DNA from: an uncultured delta proteobacterium
GTDB taxonomy: Bacteria > Desulfobacterota > Binatia > Binatales > Binataceae
Direction: 5' to 3'
NCBI GenBank assembly: GCA_963810495.1
Contig: CAWENP010000004.1
Span: 12,860 to 76,859, forward strand
DNA: 64,000 nt
Below, in pieces: positions 47,749-58,255 of the stretch. The translations under genes were made by a program, and so were the position numbers. The first letter of the stretch is position 1, and each line of letters begins with the position of its first letter. The notes under the pieces are model-generated. The model did not search any database. It had not been told where the DNA came from and was given only the letters and a program-made list of their open reading frames with translations.

Positions 47749-49005
47749 ATGGCCCTGACCGGCAATAGAATCAACTCCGCCTCCGTAACAGGCGAAGATA
47801 TCGACTCGGCTCGCGCGTGGCTGACCGTCGCAGCGGGATTCCTCGCCTGCTTCACCTTGTTCGGCGTGGCGTATAGCTTTGGCGCGTTCTTCAAGCCGAT
47901 GGCGCAGGAGTTCGGCGCCACTCGCGAGGCCACCTCGGCGATCTTCTCGATCACCGCCGCGCTCTACTTCGCACTCAGCCCGCTCACCGGATACCTGTCC
48001 GACCGTTTTGGGCCGCGGCCCGTGGTCGGGGCGGGCGCGCTCGCGACGGGCGGCGGAGTCATCCTCACGGCATTCATCCCGCGCCTGTGGTTCGCGTACT
48101 TCACCTACAGCCTGGGCGTCGGCATCGGCGTCTCGTGCTGCTACGTGCCGTTGGTCGCGATGATCGCGGGATGGTTCGATCGGCGGCGCAACACGGCGCT
48201 GGGCCTCGCCGTCGCGGGCATCGGGGCCGGCACTCTCACGATACCGCCGCTCTCGGGCGAGCTCATCGTGCATCTGGGATGGCGCCGCGCGTACGTGATC
48301 CTGGGCGTTGCGGCAGCCGCGCTGCTGATGCTATGTGCGGCGCTATCGAAACGGCCGCCGGCAGGAGCGCAGCACGTCGCGCGTCCGCGCTTCGGAGAAT
48401 TCATCCGCGAGCGCAACTTCATCGTGCTCTACGTCTCGTCGGCGCTGGCCAACGTCGCAACCGCGATTCCATTCGTCTTTCTCCCGGTTTACGCGCGCGA
48501 GCACGGCATCAGCGAAGTCGCCGCGGCCGCGCTGATAAGTTTCATCGGGCTGACCAGCATGCTCGGCCGCGTCGGTTTGGGCACGCTCGCCGACCGCGTC
48601 GGGCTCATCCGGCTCTACCAGGCTGCGGTGCTCGCGCTCGGGCTCTCGTACTTCATCTGGCTCGCAGCGCATGGCTATCCGATGATGGTGCTGTTCGCGC
48701 TCGCGATGGGTGCGAGTTACGGCGGCTACGTCGCGCTCAATCCGTCGGTGGTGGCGGAGTTGTTCGGCGTGGCCGGGATGGGCGTGGTGCTGGGGACGCT
48801 CTACACCAGTATCGCAGCGACCGCCCTCTTCGGCCCGCCGATGGTCGGCGCGATCATCGACCGCACCGGAAGCTATCAACTGGGGATTCTTTTCACTATC
48901 GCGACGACGCTCGCGGGATTCCTGGTGCTGCTCGCGCTCAAGCCGCGAAAGGTTCCGGCCGACGAAAATGAAGGGAGCGCGGCGCTGGCGCATTCCGAAA
49001 TCTAG
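47749..49005 (+). CDS. MFS transporter (oxalate/formate-antiporter or monocarboxylate-type)
   Basis: 418 aa with 12 TM helices and the MFS motif GYLSDRFGPRPVV between TM2 and TM3. Confidence 0.85.
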   Translation: MALTGNRINSASVTGEDIDSARAWLTVAAGFLACFTLFGVAYSFGAFFKPMAQEFGATREATSAIFSITAALYFALSPLTGYLSDRFGPRPVVGAGALATGGGVILTAFIPRLWFAYFTYSLGVGIGVSCCYVPLVAMIAGWFDRRRNTALGLAVAGIGAGTLTIPPLSGELIVHLGWRRAYVILGVAAAALLMLCAALSKRPPAGAQHVARPRFGEFIRERNFIVLYVSSALANVATAIPFVFLPVYAREHGISEVAAAALISFIGLTSMLGRVGLGTLADRVGLIRLYQAAVLALGLSYFIWLAAHGYPMMVLFALAMGASYGGYVALNPSVVAELFGVAGMGVVLGTLYTSIAATALFGPPMVGAIIDRTGSYQLGILFTIATTLAGFLVLLALKPRKVPADENEGSAALAHSEI

Positions 49006-49010
49006 TCGAG

Positions 49011-49505
49011 ATGGCGCCGATGGTCATAATTCTTATCGGAGTGGCGGGCTCGGGAAAGACCACCGTCGGGCGCATCCTGGCCGCGCGCCTTGGATGCGAG
49101 TTCCACGACGGCGACGATCTCCATCCGCCGCGGAATCGGGAAAAGATGAGCCGCGGCATCGCGCTCACCGACGACGATCGATTGCCGTGGCTCTACGCCG
49201 TGCGAGACCTCGTGCAACGATGCCTTGCTGAGAACCGATGCGCAGTCATCGCGTGCTCCGCGCTCAAGCAGGCATACCGGGATTTGCTGATCGTCGATGC
49301 GGCGAAGGTCAAGCTGGTGTATCTGAAAGGATCGCAGGCGCTGATTACGCAGCGGCTCGCGCAGCGCGCCGGCCACTTCTTCGATCGGCGGCTCCTGCAG
49401 AGCCAATTCGATACGCTGGAAGAGCCGGCGGACGCGATCGTCGTCGATATCTCGGAGATTCCGGAGAAAATCGCCGACACAATCCGCGCTCGCCTGGGCC
49501 TGTGA
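49011..49505 (+). CDS. gntK: Gluconokinase (thermoresistant GntK family P-loop kinase)
   Basis: GVAGSGKTTVG Walker A motif, FHDGDDLHP, KM..G..L.D.DR.PWL. Confidence 0.72.
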   Translation: MAPMVIILIGVAGSGKTTVGRILAARLGCEFHDGDDLHPPRNREKMSRGIALTDDDRLPWLYAVRDLVQRCLAENRCAVIACSALKQAYRDLLIVDAAKVKLVYLKGSQALITQRLAQRAGHFFDRRLLQSQFDTLEEPADAIVVDISEIPEKIADTIRARLGL

Positions 49506-49544
49506 ACGGAACGGAAGCTTTTAAGATTGTCTTCGCCAGTGCGC

Positions 49545-50486
49545 TCACCGATGCGTTAGCTTGCCAACCGCCTCGCGCTCCTCCGCGCTCAGCCTCCATT
49601 CTCCCGCCTTGACGTTCTGGCTCACCTGCTCGGGGGTGGTGGCGCCGCAAATCACGCTTGAGTTCTGCGGCTCCGACACCAACCATCCGACCGCCAGTTC
49701 GAGCAGCGTATGGCCGCGCTCGCGCGCGAAGTTCTCGAGCTTCTCCAGCAAATCGAAGTTCGGCTCGGTCAGCGTCCGCGTCGCGATCCTCTCCATCAGC
49801 GCCATCCGGGTGCCCTTGGGCAACTCGGCGCCGCGGCGGTACTTGCCGGTCAGGAAGCCGCTCGCCAGCGGAAAAAACGGCAGGATGCCGACGCCGAAGT
49901 GGCGGCAGGCGGGAAGCAGTTCGCGCTCGATATGGCGGTCGAGCAAGCTGTATTCATTTTGCGCCGAGATGTAGGCCGGAAGGCCGCGGGCGCGCGAGAT
50001 CCCCAGCGCCTCGGCCAGTTGCCAGGCGGCGAAGTTGCTGCATCCGAGGTAACGGACTTTACCGGCGCGCACCAGGTCGGCGAGCGCCTCGAGCGTCTCC
50101 TCCTGCGGCGTGTCGGCGTCGGGCGTGTGAAGCTGGTAGAGGTCGATGTAATCCGTATTCAGGCGCCGGAGACTGTCCTCAGCGGCGGCCATCACGTAGC
50201 GGCGCGACGCGCCGTGCAGATAGGGCCCCTCGCCCATCGACATCCCGAACTTGCTCGCCACGACGACTTCGCGCCGTCGTTTGCCCAGTGCCTTGCCCAG
50301 CAATTCTTCCGAGCCGCCACGGTTGCCATAGATGTCGGCGGTGTCGAAGAGCGTAACGCCTTCGTCGAGCGCACGATTGACGATCGCCTTGGTCTGTTCG
50401 GCGTCGCACTTGATCGCGAAGTTGTTGCAGCCGAGGCCCACGGCTGAAACCTTGAGCCCCGATTTTCCCATGTTGCGGTATTCCAC
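49545..50486 (-). CDS. Aldo/keto reductase
   Basis: MEYRNMGKSGLKVSAVGLGC, LFDTADIYG and other AKR signatures. Confidence 0.88.
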   Translation of the reverse strand: MEYRNMGKSGLKVSAVGLGCNNFAIKCDAEQTKAIVNRALDEGVTLFDTADIYGNRGGSEELLGKALGKRRREVVVASKFGMSMGEGPYLHGASRRYVMAAAEDSLRRLNTDYIDLYQLHTPDADTPQEETLEALADLVRAGKVRYLGCSNFAAWQLAEALGISRARGLPAYISAQNEYSLLDRHIERELLPACRHFGVGILPFFPLASGFLTGKYRRGAELPKGTRMALMERIATRTLTEPNFDLLEKLENFARERGHTLLELAVGWLVSEPQNSSVICGATTPEQVSQNVKAGEWRLSAEEREAVGKLTHR

Positions 50487-50508
50487 AGCGCCTCTCTTTC
50501 TTTTGCTG

Positions 50509-51615
50509 CTATTTATCGAAGATCGCGAGGGGCAGCAGCGCCGAGACCACGAAATTCGGCACGTCGACCACCTCGCTCAGCCGCAAGTCCACCGCCACGC
50601 TGCAAATCGCGTAAGCCTGCTGCCGGCTCCAGCCACGCTCCATCAACAGCGCGATCATGTTCATCAGCGCGTGATGCGCCGCCATGGTCGCGTTCTCCGA
50701 TTCGTTGACGCCGTCGCGGATGCACATCCCGGTGGTCGCGATAAACCGTTTCGGTGCCGCCAGTTCCGGCGGCACGAAATAGTCGTCGCGCTCGAAGCGC
50801 GGGAAGCGAATCTTGTGACGCGCCGCCTCGCCCTTGCGCAACGCGAATTTCACCAGCACCGATGCGCACATCTCGACCGCGGTACCGCAGGACTCCCCGT
50901 CGCCCTGCGCGAAGTGCGCGTCGCCGACCGAAAACAGCGCGCCCGGGACGAACACCGGCAGCAATAGCCGCGCGCCCGCGCTCAATTGCTTGATGTCGAG
51001 ATTGCCGCCATTCTCGCGCGGCGGAATCGTGCGCAGCCCCTCCGACGCGATCGGCTCGCGCGCGGGCACGGCGCCCGTCGCCTCGGGCGGAAGGACAAAG
51101 CCGCCGCGCTCGCGCAGATTCTCTTCGCGCCGCAGCATCTCGAGTCGCAACTTTTGCGACGGTGCGACCCCAATGGTTCCCATAAACGAACCGTCGCGCA
51201 CGCGCACTCCGGGAAGCTCGGCCGAGGTGGCCCAGCCGTCGGCGATTTTCCATTTCACGATGAACGGGTCGGGAAATTCATCGCGCAGGAACCCGAAACC
51301 CGGCATCTGGATCGTGAAACCCCAGTTCGCGGGCTTGAGCTCGCGGATATCCACTTCGAGCAAGTCGCCCGGCTCCGCCCCTTTCACGAATACCGGCCCG
51401 GTGAGCGGATGCACCACGCTCATGTCGACCTTGAGCAGGTCGGCGGCGGCGGTCGCCGCGGTGACCTGGCCGTCAAGTGCGTCCCTGGTCTCGAGCTCGA
51501 CCTCCTCGCCCGGTTCGGCTTCCAGCGCGGGCGGGATATCGCAGTGCCAGCGATTGTGGCCCTTTAAGGGTTCTCCGGCGCATTGAACGCCATAGTTCAC
51601 CTTGATGCTTTTCAT
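50509..51615 (-). CDS. Formamidase/acetamidase family (FmdA_AmdA) amidohydrolase
   Basis: MKSIKVNYGVQCAGEPLKGHNRWHCDIPP is the family's N-terminal region. The ATG at 51615 is preferred over the longer track start at 51663. Confidence 0.78.
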   Translation of the reverse strand: MKSIKVNYGVQCAGEPLKGHNRWHCDIPPALEAEPGEEVELETRDALDGQVTAATAAADLLKVDMSVVHPLTGPVFVKGAEPGDLLEVDIRELKPANWGFTIQMPGFGFLRDEFPDPFIVKWKIADGWATSAELPGVRVRDGSFMGTIGVAPSQKLRLEMLRREENLRERGGFVLPPEATGAVPAREPIASEGLRTIPPRENGGNLDIKQLSAGARLLLPVFVPGALFSVGDAHFAQGDGESCGTAVEMCASVLVKFALRKGEAARHKIRFPRFERDDYFVPPELAAPKRFIATTGMCIRDGVNESENATMAAHHALMNMIALLMERGWSRQQAYAICSVAVDLRLSEVVDVPNFVVSALLPLAIFDK

Positions 51616-51740
51616 AGGATTATGCCGCCTTTCTAATCTGCTTCTCGCGCCACACGGTAGCACTTACTCGCGAAATTCCAAGGTTCCGCGCCAAGCGGTC
51701 GCCGGAAACGGTGGCGCAAAGGTGGCGAATGACCGAAATG

Positions 51741-51800
51741 GCGTGCTAGCGATTTTGGCGATGCGAGGCCCACGCGACCGGGCCTACTCATCGCTTGGCA
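51741..51800. promoter_or_regulatory. Imperfect palindrome (arms CGATTTTGGCGATG / CATCGCTTGGCAAAATCG) about 130-190 nt upstream of the formamidase gene
   Basis: Read directly; function unknown. Confidence 0.2.
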
Positions 51801-52150
51801 AAATCGACCACGGAGAACGCACGCCCCTACGGGCATAGCGCCTGGGATCGAAAGCCTGCGGCCGTGATTAGCGTCTCGCCGGGTGCGATCGGCGGTTTCG
51901 GCGTCAATCATCACCTGCGCCAATCATTATGCAACTCATTAGTGAGACGTTAGACTAAGAACTCCTGCTATATTCGTCCCGCCGGGCTAGTTTCAGGCCT
52001 GAGATCGCTTCAACATGGCCGCTCGCTTAATACTCACATAATAATCTCTTATCGAGATCGTCAAGATACACTATCGATTTCGCTTGCTCGATACCATATT
52101 GACAATGGTGTGTACTGGCAAAGCCAATCGCCCGTCGAGGCAGACCCGCG

Positions 52151-53020
52151 ATGGAAGGGGTCGGGTTAGACCGCTTCCCATCGTCAGGGTGGGCCGAATG
52201 GCTCACCCGCGCCGCCGCGCCGCCGGCGGCGGCAACCAACTATTATCGCTCGATCTGGATTTCCGACCTGCATCTCGGCACCCCGCGCTGCAAGGCCGAA
52301 GCGCTCTACGATTTCCTGCGCCATCATAGGGCCGACAACCTTTACTTGGTCGGTGACATCGTCGACGGCTGGGTGCTCGGCCCTTCGTGGTACTGGAGCG
52401 CGGCGCAGACCGCGGTGATCGAAGAGATAGCGGCGTGGCATCGAAGCGGCACGCGCGTCGTGTTTCTGCCCGGCAATCATGACGAGTTCAGCGCCGACCT
52501 GGTTCAATCTTTTATTGGCCCGATACCCGTTCTGAGCGAACTGATTCATCAGACCGCCGAAGGACGCCGGATGCTCGTGATCCACGGCCATCAGTTCGAC
52601 GGCTCGCTCAATCCGAATCGCTGGTTCCTGCGGATGGGTAACCAGGCCTATCTGACCGCGATGCGCATCGACCGCTGGTACAATGGCGACGGCAGGCCGC
52701 GGCGCGAGCGCAACGGTCAGCTTTCCGCTTATCTCAAGGGCGGGATCAAAAAGGCCGTCGAATACCTGACCGACTTCAGCGATCGCGCGGTGTCCGAGGC
52801 CGCCCGCCGATACAAGGCCGACGGCGTGATCTGCGGCCACGTTCATCGCCCCGAGCAGCGCCTGATCGGATCCATCTGGTACATCAACGACGGCGATTGG
52901 GTGAGCAGTTGCACCGCAGTGGCGGAAGATCGAAACGGCGTGCTTGCGCTGCTGCGATGGGACCGCGCGCGAGGCGGTCATGCCGCGTGCCTGCCGGCGC
53001 CCGAGGCGCCGCTGTCATGA
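52151..53020 (+). CDS. Calcineurin-like metallophosphoesterase, LpxH-like (UDP-2,3-diacylglucosamine diphosphatase family)
   Basis: IWISDLHLGT, YLVGDIVDGW and VVFLPGNHDE motifs. Start codon uncertain. Confidence 0.65.
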   Translation: MEGVGLDRFPSSGWAEWLTRAAAPPAAATNYYRSIWISDLHLGTPRCKAEALYDFLRHHRADNLYLVGDIVDGWVLGPSWYWSAAQTAVIEEIAAWHRSGTRVVFLPGNHDEFSADLVQSFIGPIPVLSELIHQTAEGRRMLVIHGHQFDGSLNPNRWFLRMGNQAYLTAMRIDRWYNGDGRPRRERNGQLSAYLKGGIKKAVEYLTDFSDRAVSEAARRYKADGVICGHVHRPEQRLIGSIWYINDGDWVSSCTAVAEDRNGVLALLRWDRARGGHAACLPAPEAPLS

Positions 53021-54250
53021 ATGTCGCGTGCGCTTTACCACCGCCGCGAGCGGCCACGCGCGAAACGCGGATCGATCTGATCTTCTTCGATGCGGGCGGC
53101 GGCCATCGCGCCTCCGCAACGGCGCTCAAAGCGCTGGCCGACCAGGAGCAGCGCGGCTGGCAGATCCGGATGGTGAATCTGCGCGACGTCCTGGAGCCGA
53201 TCGACGTCTTCCATCGCCTCACGGGCGTCCGGGTCGAGGACCTGTACAACCGGATGCTCAAGTACGGACTGACTATCGGGACCGGGCCGATGCTGCGCGC
53301 GGTCCAGTTCCTGATTCGCCGGATGCATCCGCACAACGTTGCGCTGCTCGCCCGTTACTGGCAGGAGCGGCACACCGACCTCGTCGTATCGCTGATCCCA
53401 AACTTCAACCGCGCGATTTTCGAGGGCCTGCGTATCGCTGACCGCGCGCGCGGCCGACCGGCGACGCCAATGGTCACGGTCCTCACCGACCTCGCCGATT
53501 GTCCGCCGCATTTCTGGATCGAGCGCCAGGAGCAATACCTGATCTGCGGCACCACAAAGGCGGCCGAGCAGGCCATGGCGATGGGCTATCCGCCCGCTGG
53601 GCGTGCTCCGGACGTCGGGGATGATCGTGCGGCCCGAGTTTTATCGCAGACCGGAAATCAACCGCGAACAGGAGCGCCGCCGGCTCGGATTGCGCCCCGA
53701 TCTGCCGACTGGCCTGGTGATGTTCGGAGGATTCGGCTCGCGCCGCATGCTGACAATCGCACGGCGCGTGGCCGAAGCCGGGGTGAAGACGCAACTGATC
53801 TTTTTGTGCGGGCACAATCAGCGGCTTCGCGAGCAGCTTTCGGCGATGAAGCTGCCATTTCCCTGTCACGTCGAAGGTTTTACGCGAGACATTCCGCGGC
53901 TCATGCAATTGAGTGACTACTTTGTCGGCAAGCCCGGTCCCGGCAGCGTAAGCGAGGCGCTGGTGATGGATCTGCCGGTGATCGTCGAGCGCAACGCCCG
54001 GACTATGGTGCAGGAGCGTTACAACACGGAGTGGATCGAGCGGCATCAGTTCGGCGTGGTGCTGCGCTCGTTCAACGAAATCGTGGCCGGGATCAAGCAG
54101 ATGCTCGACCCGCAGCGCCTCGCGCATTTTCGCTCGCGCGCCCGCGCGTTCAACAACCGCGCCGTGTTCGAAATCCCCGACCTGCTCGAAGCGCTCATCG
54201 CAGCCGCGCCCGGCGAATCCGCGCCTGCTGCATTCCAGGCGCTGGCCTGA
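53017..54250 (+). CDS. Monogalactosyldiacylglycerol-synthase-like glycosyltransferase (GT28, MGDG_synth/UgtP-like) with an apparent +1 frameshift near 53595
   Basis: N-terminal half (IDLIFFDAGGGHRASATALKAL...) in one frame and C-terminal half (SGMIVRPEF...GKPGPGSVSEALVMDLPVIV) in another. The ATG at 53017 overlaps the LpxH-like stop (ATGA). Confidence 0.7.
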
Positions 54251-54280
54251 TAGGAAGGCGCCTGGGAGGGCGCCACGGCG

Positions 54281-55510
54281 ATGAAATTTCCGAGCGGGTT
54301 TCTGTGGGGCACGGCGACGGCGGCGCATCAGGTCGAGGGTGGCAACGTAAACTGCGATTCGTGGCTGCTCGAGCATCTCGACAGCACTATCTATACCGAA
54401 TCCTCAGGCGACGCCTGCGATCATTACCATCGCTACGCGGACGATATGGCATTGCTCGCGGGGCTCGGCTTCAACGCCTACCGTTTCTCGATCGAATGGG
54501 CGCGGATCGAACCCGAAGAGGGTGAGTTTTCGCTCGCGCAACTCGAGCACTACCGGCGGATGCTCGCGGCGTGCCAGCAAAACGGGCTCAAAGCGGTCGT
54601 GACGCTGCATCATTTCACCTCGCCGCGCTGGCTGGCGGCGCGCGGCGGATGGGAATCGCGCGAGACCGCGCGGCTGTTCGCGCGCTACTGCGAACGCACT
54701 GTCGGCCACCTCGGCGACCTCGTCGACGTCGCCTGCACCATCAACGAACTCAACCTCGGCGTTTACCTGCATCAGACGGGCATCCTTCACAGCGACGAGA
54801 CCATCGTGCGCTCGCCGATGCGGGCGGCGGCGGCGCGCGCACTGGGTATCGAGCCGAAGATGTTTTCGAGCTTTCCGTTTTGCGTGCGCACCCGCTCGCG
54901 TGACGTGCTGCTGGAGGCGCATCGCCTCGGCGTCCAGGCGTTGCGCGCCGGCCCGGGCAAGTTCCCGGTCGGGTTGACGCTCGCGATGAGAGAGATGCAG
55001 GCGGTGGCGGGCGGCGAGCATCTTCGCGACCGTGCGCGTCACGACGCCGAAGATATATTCCTCGAAGCGGCGCGACACGACGACTTCATCGGGGTGCAGT
55101 GCTACGCGCGCCAGCGCTTCGGCCCGCAAGGCATGCTGCCGCCGGAAACCGGAGTCGAATTCACCCAGATGGGCTACGAATTCTGTCCCGAGGCGCTCGA
55201 GGCGACAATTCGCTATGCGAGCGCGAGTACTCAGTTGCCGATCATCGTCACCGAAAACGGCATCGCCACCGACGACGACACGCGAAGAATCGCCTTCGCC
55301 AAGCGTGCGATGGCCGGCGTCGCGCGCTGCATCAGCGACAAGATCGACGTGCGCGGGTACTTCTACTGGACGGCGCTCGACAACTTCGAATGGCTGTTCG
55401 GCTACCATCCGAAGTTCGGCCTGATCGCGGTCGACCGCGAGACGCAGCGCCGCACGGTCAAGCCGAGCGCCGAATGGCTGGGCCGCATCGCACGCGCCAA
55501 CGAGATCTAG
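54281..55510 (+). CDS. Glycoside hydrolase family 1 beta-glucosidase
   Basis: FLWGTATAAHQVEGG N-terminal signature and the catalytic nucleophile motif IVTENG. Confidence 0.88.
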   Translation: MKFPSGFLWGTATAAHQVEGGNVNCDSWLLEHLDSTIYTESSGDACDHYHRYADDMALLAGLGFNAYRFSIEWARIEPEEGEFSLAQLEHYRRMLAACQQNGLKAVVTLHHFTSPRWLAARGGWESRETARLFARYCERTVGHLGDLVDVACTINELNLGVYLHQTGILHSDETIVRSPMRAAAARALGIEPKMFSSFPFCVRTRSRDVLLEAHRLGVQALRAGPGKFPVGLTLAMREMQAVAGGEHLRDRARHDAEDIFLEAARHDDFIGVQCYARQRFGPQGMLPPETGVEFTQMGYEFCPEALEATIRYASASTQLPIIVTENGIATDDDTRRIAFAKRAMAGVARCISDKIDVRGYFYWTALDNFEWLFGYHPKFGLIAVDRETQRRTVKPSAEWLGRIARANEI

Positions 55511-55754
55511 CGTAGCGCCGCACCTCGCGGTGCAATCGCTTTTCCGATCTCGCCGCGCGCCCGCGGAAGACGTGGTTCCTTGAAAACATATGCTTGCATC
55601 GTTACTAGCGCTTATTTGAGTCCTATGGAGCAAATCGCTTTCGCTGCACCTTATGGCGTGTTTAGGCAGAAGTAGGGCTATCATTGGCATTAATTGGCAT
55701 GCTAAAGAACAGATCCCTGAAGCACACGCATCACTGGAACGGGAGGCCTCAAGG

Positions 55755-56294
55755 ATGACCACCAGCTCCGAGCGGGAGGCACGCCAACGTCTAAGTGTCT
55801 GCCTGGCAACATTGGCCGCGTTCAAGCCGGCGGACTTGGCGCAAACGGACCGCCGAAGGTCGATCTTTCGCAAAGGCCTGCCATACTTCGAGCGCACCCT
55901 GACCCTGTTCCGCCAGGTCGCACACTCTAACTTGCGGGACCTGCCCCCGGATTTCGTCAACGTAGTAGCCGACGACGCGGAACAGACGCTCGCGCGATTT
56001 CGCGAAATCCTCAGCTTCAATGGTGAGGGCGTCGAAAATCCGAAGCAGGCGAGCGCCGCGATGATCTCGGCGGTGCGCGATGCGTACGAGCCGATCTACG
56101 AGAAGCTCTCACCCATCATCAGGGCGCCGGCAAGCGAGCCGGAAGTCGAGCGCAAGCCAAAGCTGAGCTTTGCGTTCGCACTCGGTGTGATAATCGCGAT
56201 GCTTGCCGCGGTAATCGTCGCCTCTCGCTATGCCGGCCATCATTACGCACCATACACGGTGCTTGCCGACAAGGTGATGAGCGCGCTGCGCTGA
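55755..56294 (+). CDS. Hypothetical protein with a C-terminal TM anchor
   Basis: GGGAGG Shine-Dalgarno 8 nt before ATG. 179 aa with a C-terminal helix FAFALGVIIAMLAAVIVASRYA. Confidence 0.4.
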   Translation: MTTSSEREARQRLSVCLATLAAFKPADLAQTDRRRSIFRKGLPYFERTLTLFRQVAHSNLRDLPPDFVNVVADDAEQTLARFREILSFNGEGVENPKQASAAMISAVRDAYEPIYEKLSPIIRAPASEPEVERKPKLSFAFALGVIIAMLAAVIVASRYAGHHYAPYTVLADKVMSALR

Positions 56295-56335
56295 AGCTTC
56301 CCGCCCTTTCGCGAAGGACGGCTGCCTGTTCGACG

Positions 56336-57538
56336 TCAGACGCGTTCGATTATCGACGCGATCCCCTGCCCCACCCCGATACACATCGTGCATAGTGCGT
56401 AGCGCGCCTTGCGATGCTCCAGTTCGCGGAGCGCGGTCAGCATCAGCCGCGCCCCGCTCATCCCCAGCGGATGCCCGAGCGCGATCGCGCCGCCATTGGG
56501 GTTGACGTGCTCGGCGTCATCGGGAAGCCCAAGCTGGCGGAGCACCGCGAGCGACTGCGCCGCGAACGCCTCGTTGAGCTCGACCACGTCGATGTCGCGA
56601 AGGGCGATATGAGTCAGATCGAGCGCCTTGCGCGAGGCCGGCGCAGGCCCGATTCCCATTATTCGCGGCGGCACGCCGGCGGTCGCGGCGCCCACCACTC
56701 GCGCTCGCGGCTTCAGGCCGTATTCCTTCACGGCAACTTCCGAAGCCACGATGAGCGCCGCGGCGCCGTCGTTGACGCCGGACGCGTTGCCCGCGGTCAC
56801 TGAGCTTGACGGGCCGAACAGCGCCGGCAACCTGGCCAGCGTTTCGAGCGTGGTGTCGGGACGCGGATGCTCGTCGGTACTTACCGAGACGGTTTCGCGC
56901 CGCCCGGCGATCTTGACCGGCACGATCTCCTCGGCGAAGCGGCTCGCCGCCTGCGCCCGTTTCGCGCGCATCTGGCTGCGGTAGGCGAACGCGTCCTGGT
57001 CGGCGCGCGAGACTTCGAAATCCGCCGCCACGTTGTCGGAGGTCTCGGGCATCGAGTCGACGCCGTAGGCCTTCTTCATCAGCGGATTGACGAAGCGCCA
57101 TCCGATGGTCGTGTCGTAGATCTCCGCGTTACGCGAGAAGGCGCTCGTCGCCTTGGGCATCACGAAAGGCGCGCGCGACATGCTCTCCACGCCTCCCGCG
57201 ATCACCAGGATGGCCTCGCCGGTTTTTACCGCCCGCGCCGCCTGCACCACGGCCTCCATCCCGGAGCCGCACAGGCGGTTGACGGTGACGCCGCTCACGT
57301 CGACCGGCAACCCGGCCAGCAACGCCGCCATGCGGGCGACGTTGCGATTGTCCTCGCCGGCCTGGTTGGCGCACCCGAAAATGACGTCGTTGACGCGGCT
57401 CCAATCGATCGAGGCGTTGCGCTCGACGAGCGTCCTTATCGGGATCGCCGCGAGGTCGTCGGTCCTGACCCCGGACAGCGCTCCGCCATAACGTCCAATC
57501 GGCGTCCGCACTGCATCGCAAATGAAAGCTTCGGCCAT
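56336..57538 (-). CDS. pcaF: 3-oxoadipyl-CoA/acetyl-CoA C-acyltransferase (thiolase, PcaF/PaaJ-like)
   Basis: MAEAFICDAVRTPIGRYGGALSGVRTDDLAAIPI...NRLCGSGMEAV...GGVESMSRAPFVM closely follows the PcaF N-terminal pattern recalled from memory. AAGGAAGG Shine-Dalgarno. Confidence 0.85.
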   Translation of the reverse strand: MAEAFICDAVRTPIGRYGGALSGVRTDDLAAIPIRTLVERNASIDWSRVNDVIFGCANQAGEDNRNVARMAALLAGLPVDVSGVTVNRLCGSGMEAVVQAARAVKTGEAILVIAGGVESMSRAPFVMPKATSAFSRNAEIYDTTIGWRFVNPLMKKAYGVDSMPETSDNVAADFEVSRADQDAFAYRSQMRAKRAQAASRFAEEIVPVKIAGRRETVSVSTDEHPRPDTTLETLARLPALFGPSSSVTAGNASGVNDGAAALIVASEVAVKEYGLKPRARVVGAATAGVPPRIMGIGPAPASRKALDLTHIALRDIDVVELNEAFAAQSLAVLRQLGLPDDAEHVNPNGGAIALGHPLGMSGARLMLTALRELEHRKARYALCTMCIGVGQGIASIIERV

Positions 57539-57583
57539 TGCTCAGTCCTTCCTTTGATATTGCTTAAATTATTGCCTTAACTT

Positions 57584-57607
57584 GAAAAATTTGCCTCTTC
57601 GGCAAAT
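57584..57607 (-). terminator. Hairpin ATTTGCC-gaaga-GGCAAAT followed by TTTTT on the minus strand
   Basis: Perfect 7-bp stem read directly. Lies upstream of the thiolase start. Confidence 0.35.
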
Positions 57608-57620
57608 CGAGTGGGTGAAG

Positions 57621-57673
57621 GACGATCCGCGCGTTGAAGACGGGGCGGGGGCGGCGCGGGCCGGTAACGAGCC
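57621..57673 (-). repeat. 53-bp dispersed repeat, copy 1 (identical except for one indel to 60352-60405)
   Basis: GACGAT(T)CCGCGCGTTGAAGACGGGGCGGGGGCGGCGCGGGCCGGTAACGAGCC. On the minus strand it starts GGCTCGTTACCGG, an ISL3-like terminal inverted-repeat beginning. Confidence 0.6.
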
Positions 57674-58255
57674 GCCGTCAACAGCGACGCCACTTCCCCT
57701 CTAAGGCGCAGGGCAAACTCTTGGGCTTCTTGCCGTAGGGAATGCGTGGCATCTGCTCTGAGCGACAAAGCCTGGTGGCGTACAGAAAGCGCAAGGCGCA
57801 GACCACTTGATTGAATCGGGACCAGGAAGCCTTTTGGTGGATCAGATGCAGTTAGCGCGGAGGTCATTTGCTCACGTACTATTCGGGACAGCGATCGAAA
57901 TGCTTGGCGAAGTCGGCGGCGCTCGCATGGCGCCAACCACCGCGCAGCGGTTAGCTAACAATACGCTCGCCGCGTCGTCGCTTGCTGGGGGAAAAAGTCG
58001 GAAAACTGTGACGGCGGCCCGGTCGACTCAGCACGTTGTTCGGCCATCATCAGATACAACAACGGTTCCTGACACCTTCATTGGGCCTGGACCCCCCTCG
58101 GGTCGTCCAGGCGGCGCACGCCCGTATTGCTGCTGATGGTCAGCCACTGCTCGCCGATCACGGCCACGGAATATCGCAGCCGCTGACCGCTTCGGTAAGG
58201 TGCTCGCGAAAATCGACGCCGATGGACAGGCTAACCACGAACCGCCGGGATAAGG

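Noticed and set aside
48087-48971. Alternative-frame ORFs within the MFS transporter (also 49658-50447, 50513-51253, 50834-51586 within AKR and formamidase)
   Set aside because: Frames overlapping strongly supported genes. High GC suppresses stop codons in all frames.
55690-55730. Possible sigma-54 promoter (TGGCAT-taat-TGGCATGC)
   Set aside because: GG to GC spacing is one nucleotide short of the -24/-12 consensus.
54404-56020. 538-aa minus-strand ORF
   Set aside because: Antisense to the GH1 beta-glucosidase and the downstream hypothetical gene; junk composition.
57577-58250. ORFs 57577-57936 (minus) and 57807-58136 (plus) between the thiolase and RidA genes
   Set aside because: Mutually overlapping and low complexity. 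The region more plausibly holds the repeat/IR relic and regulatory hairpins.
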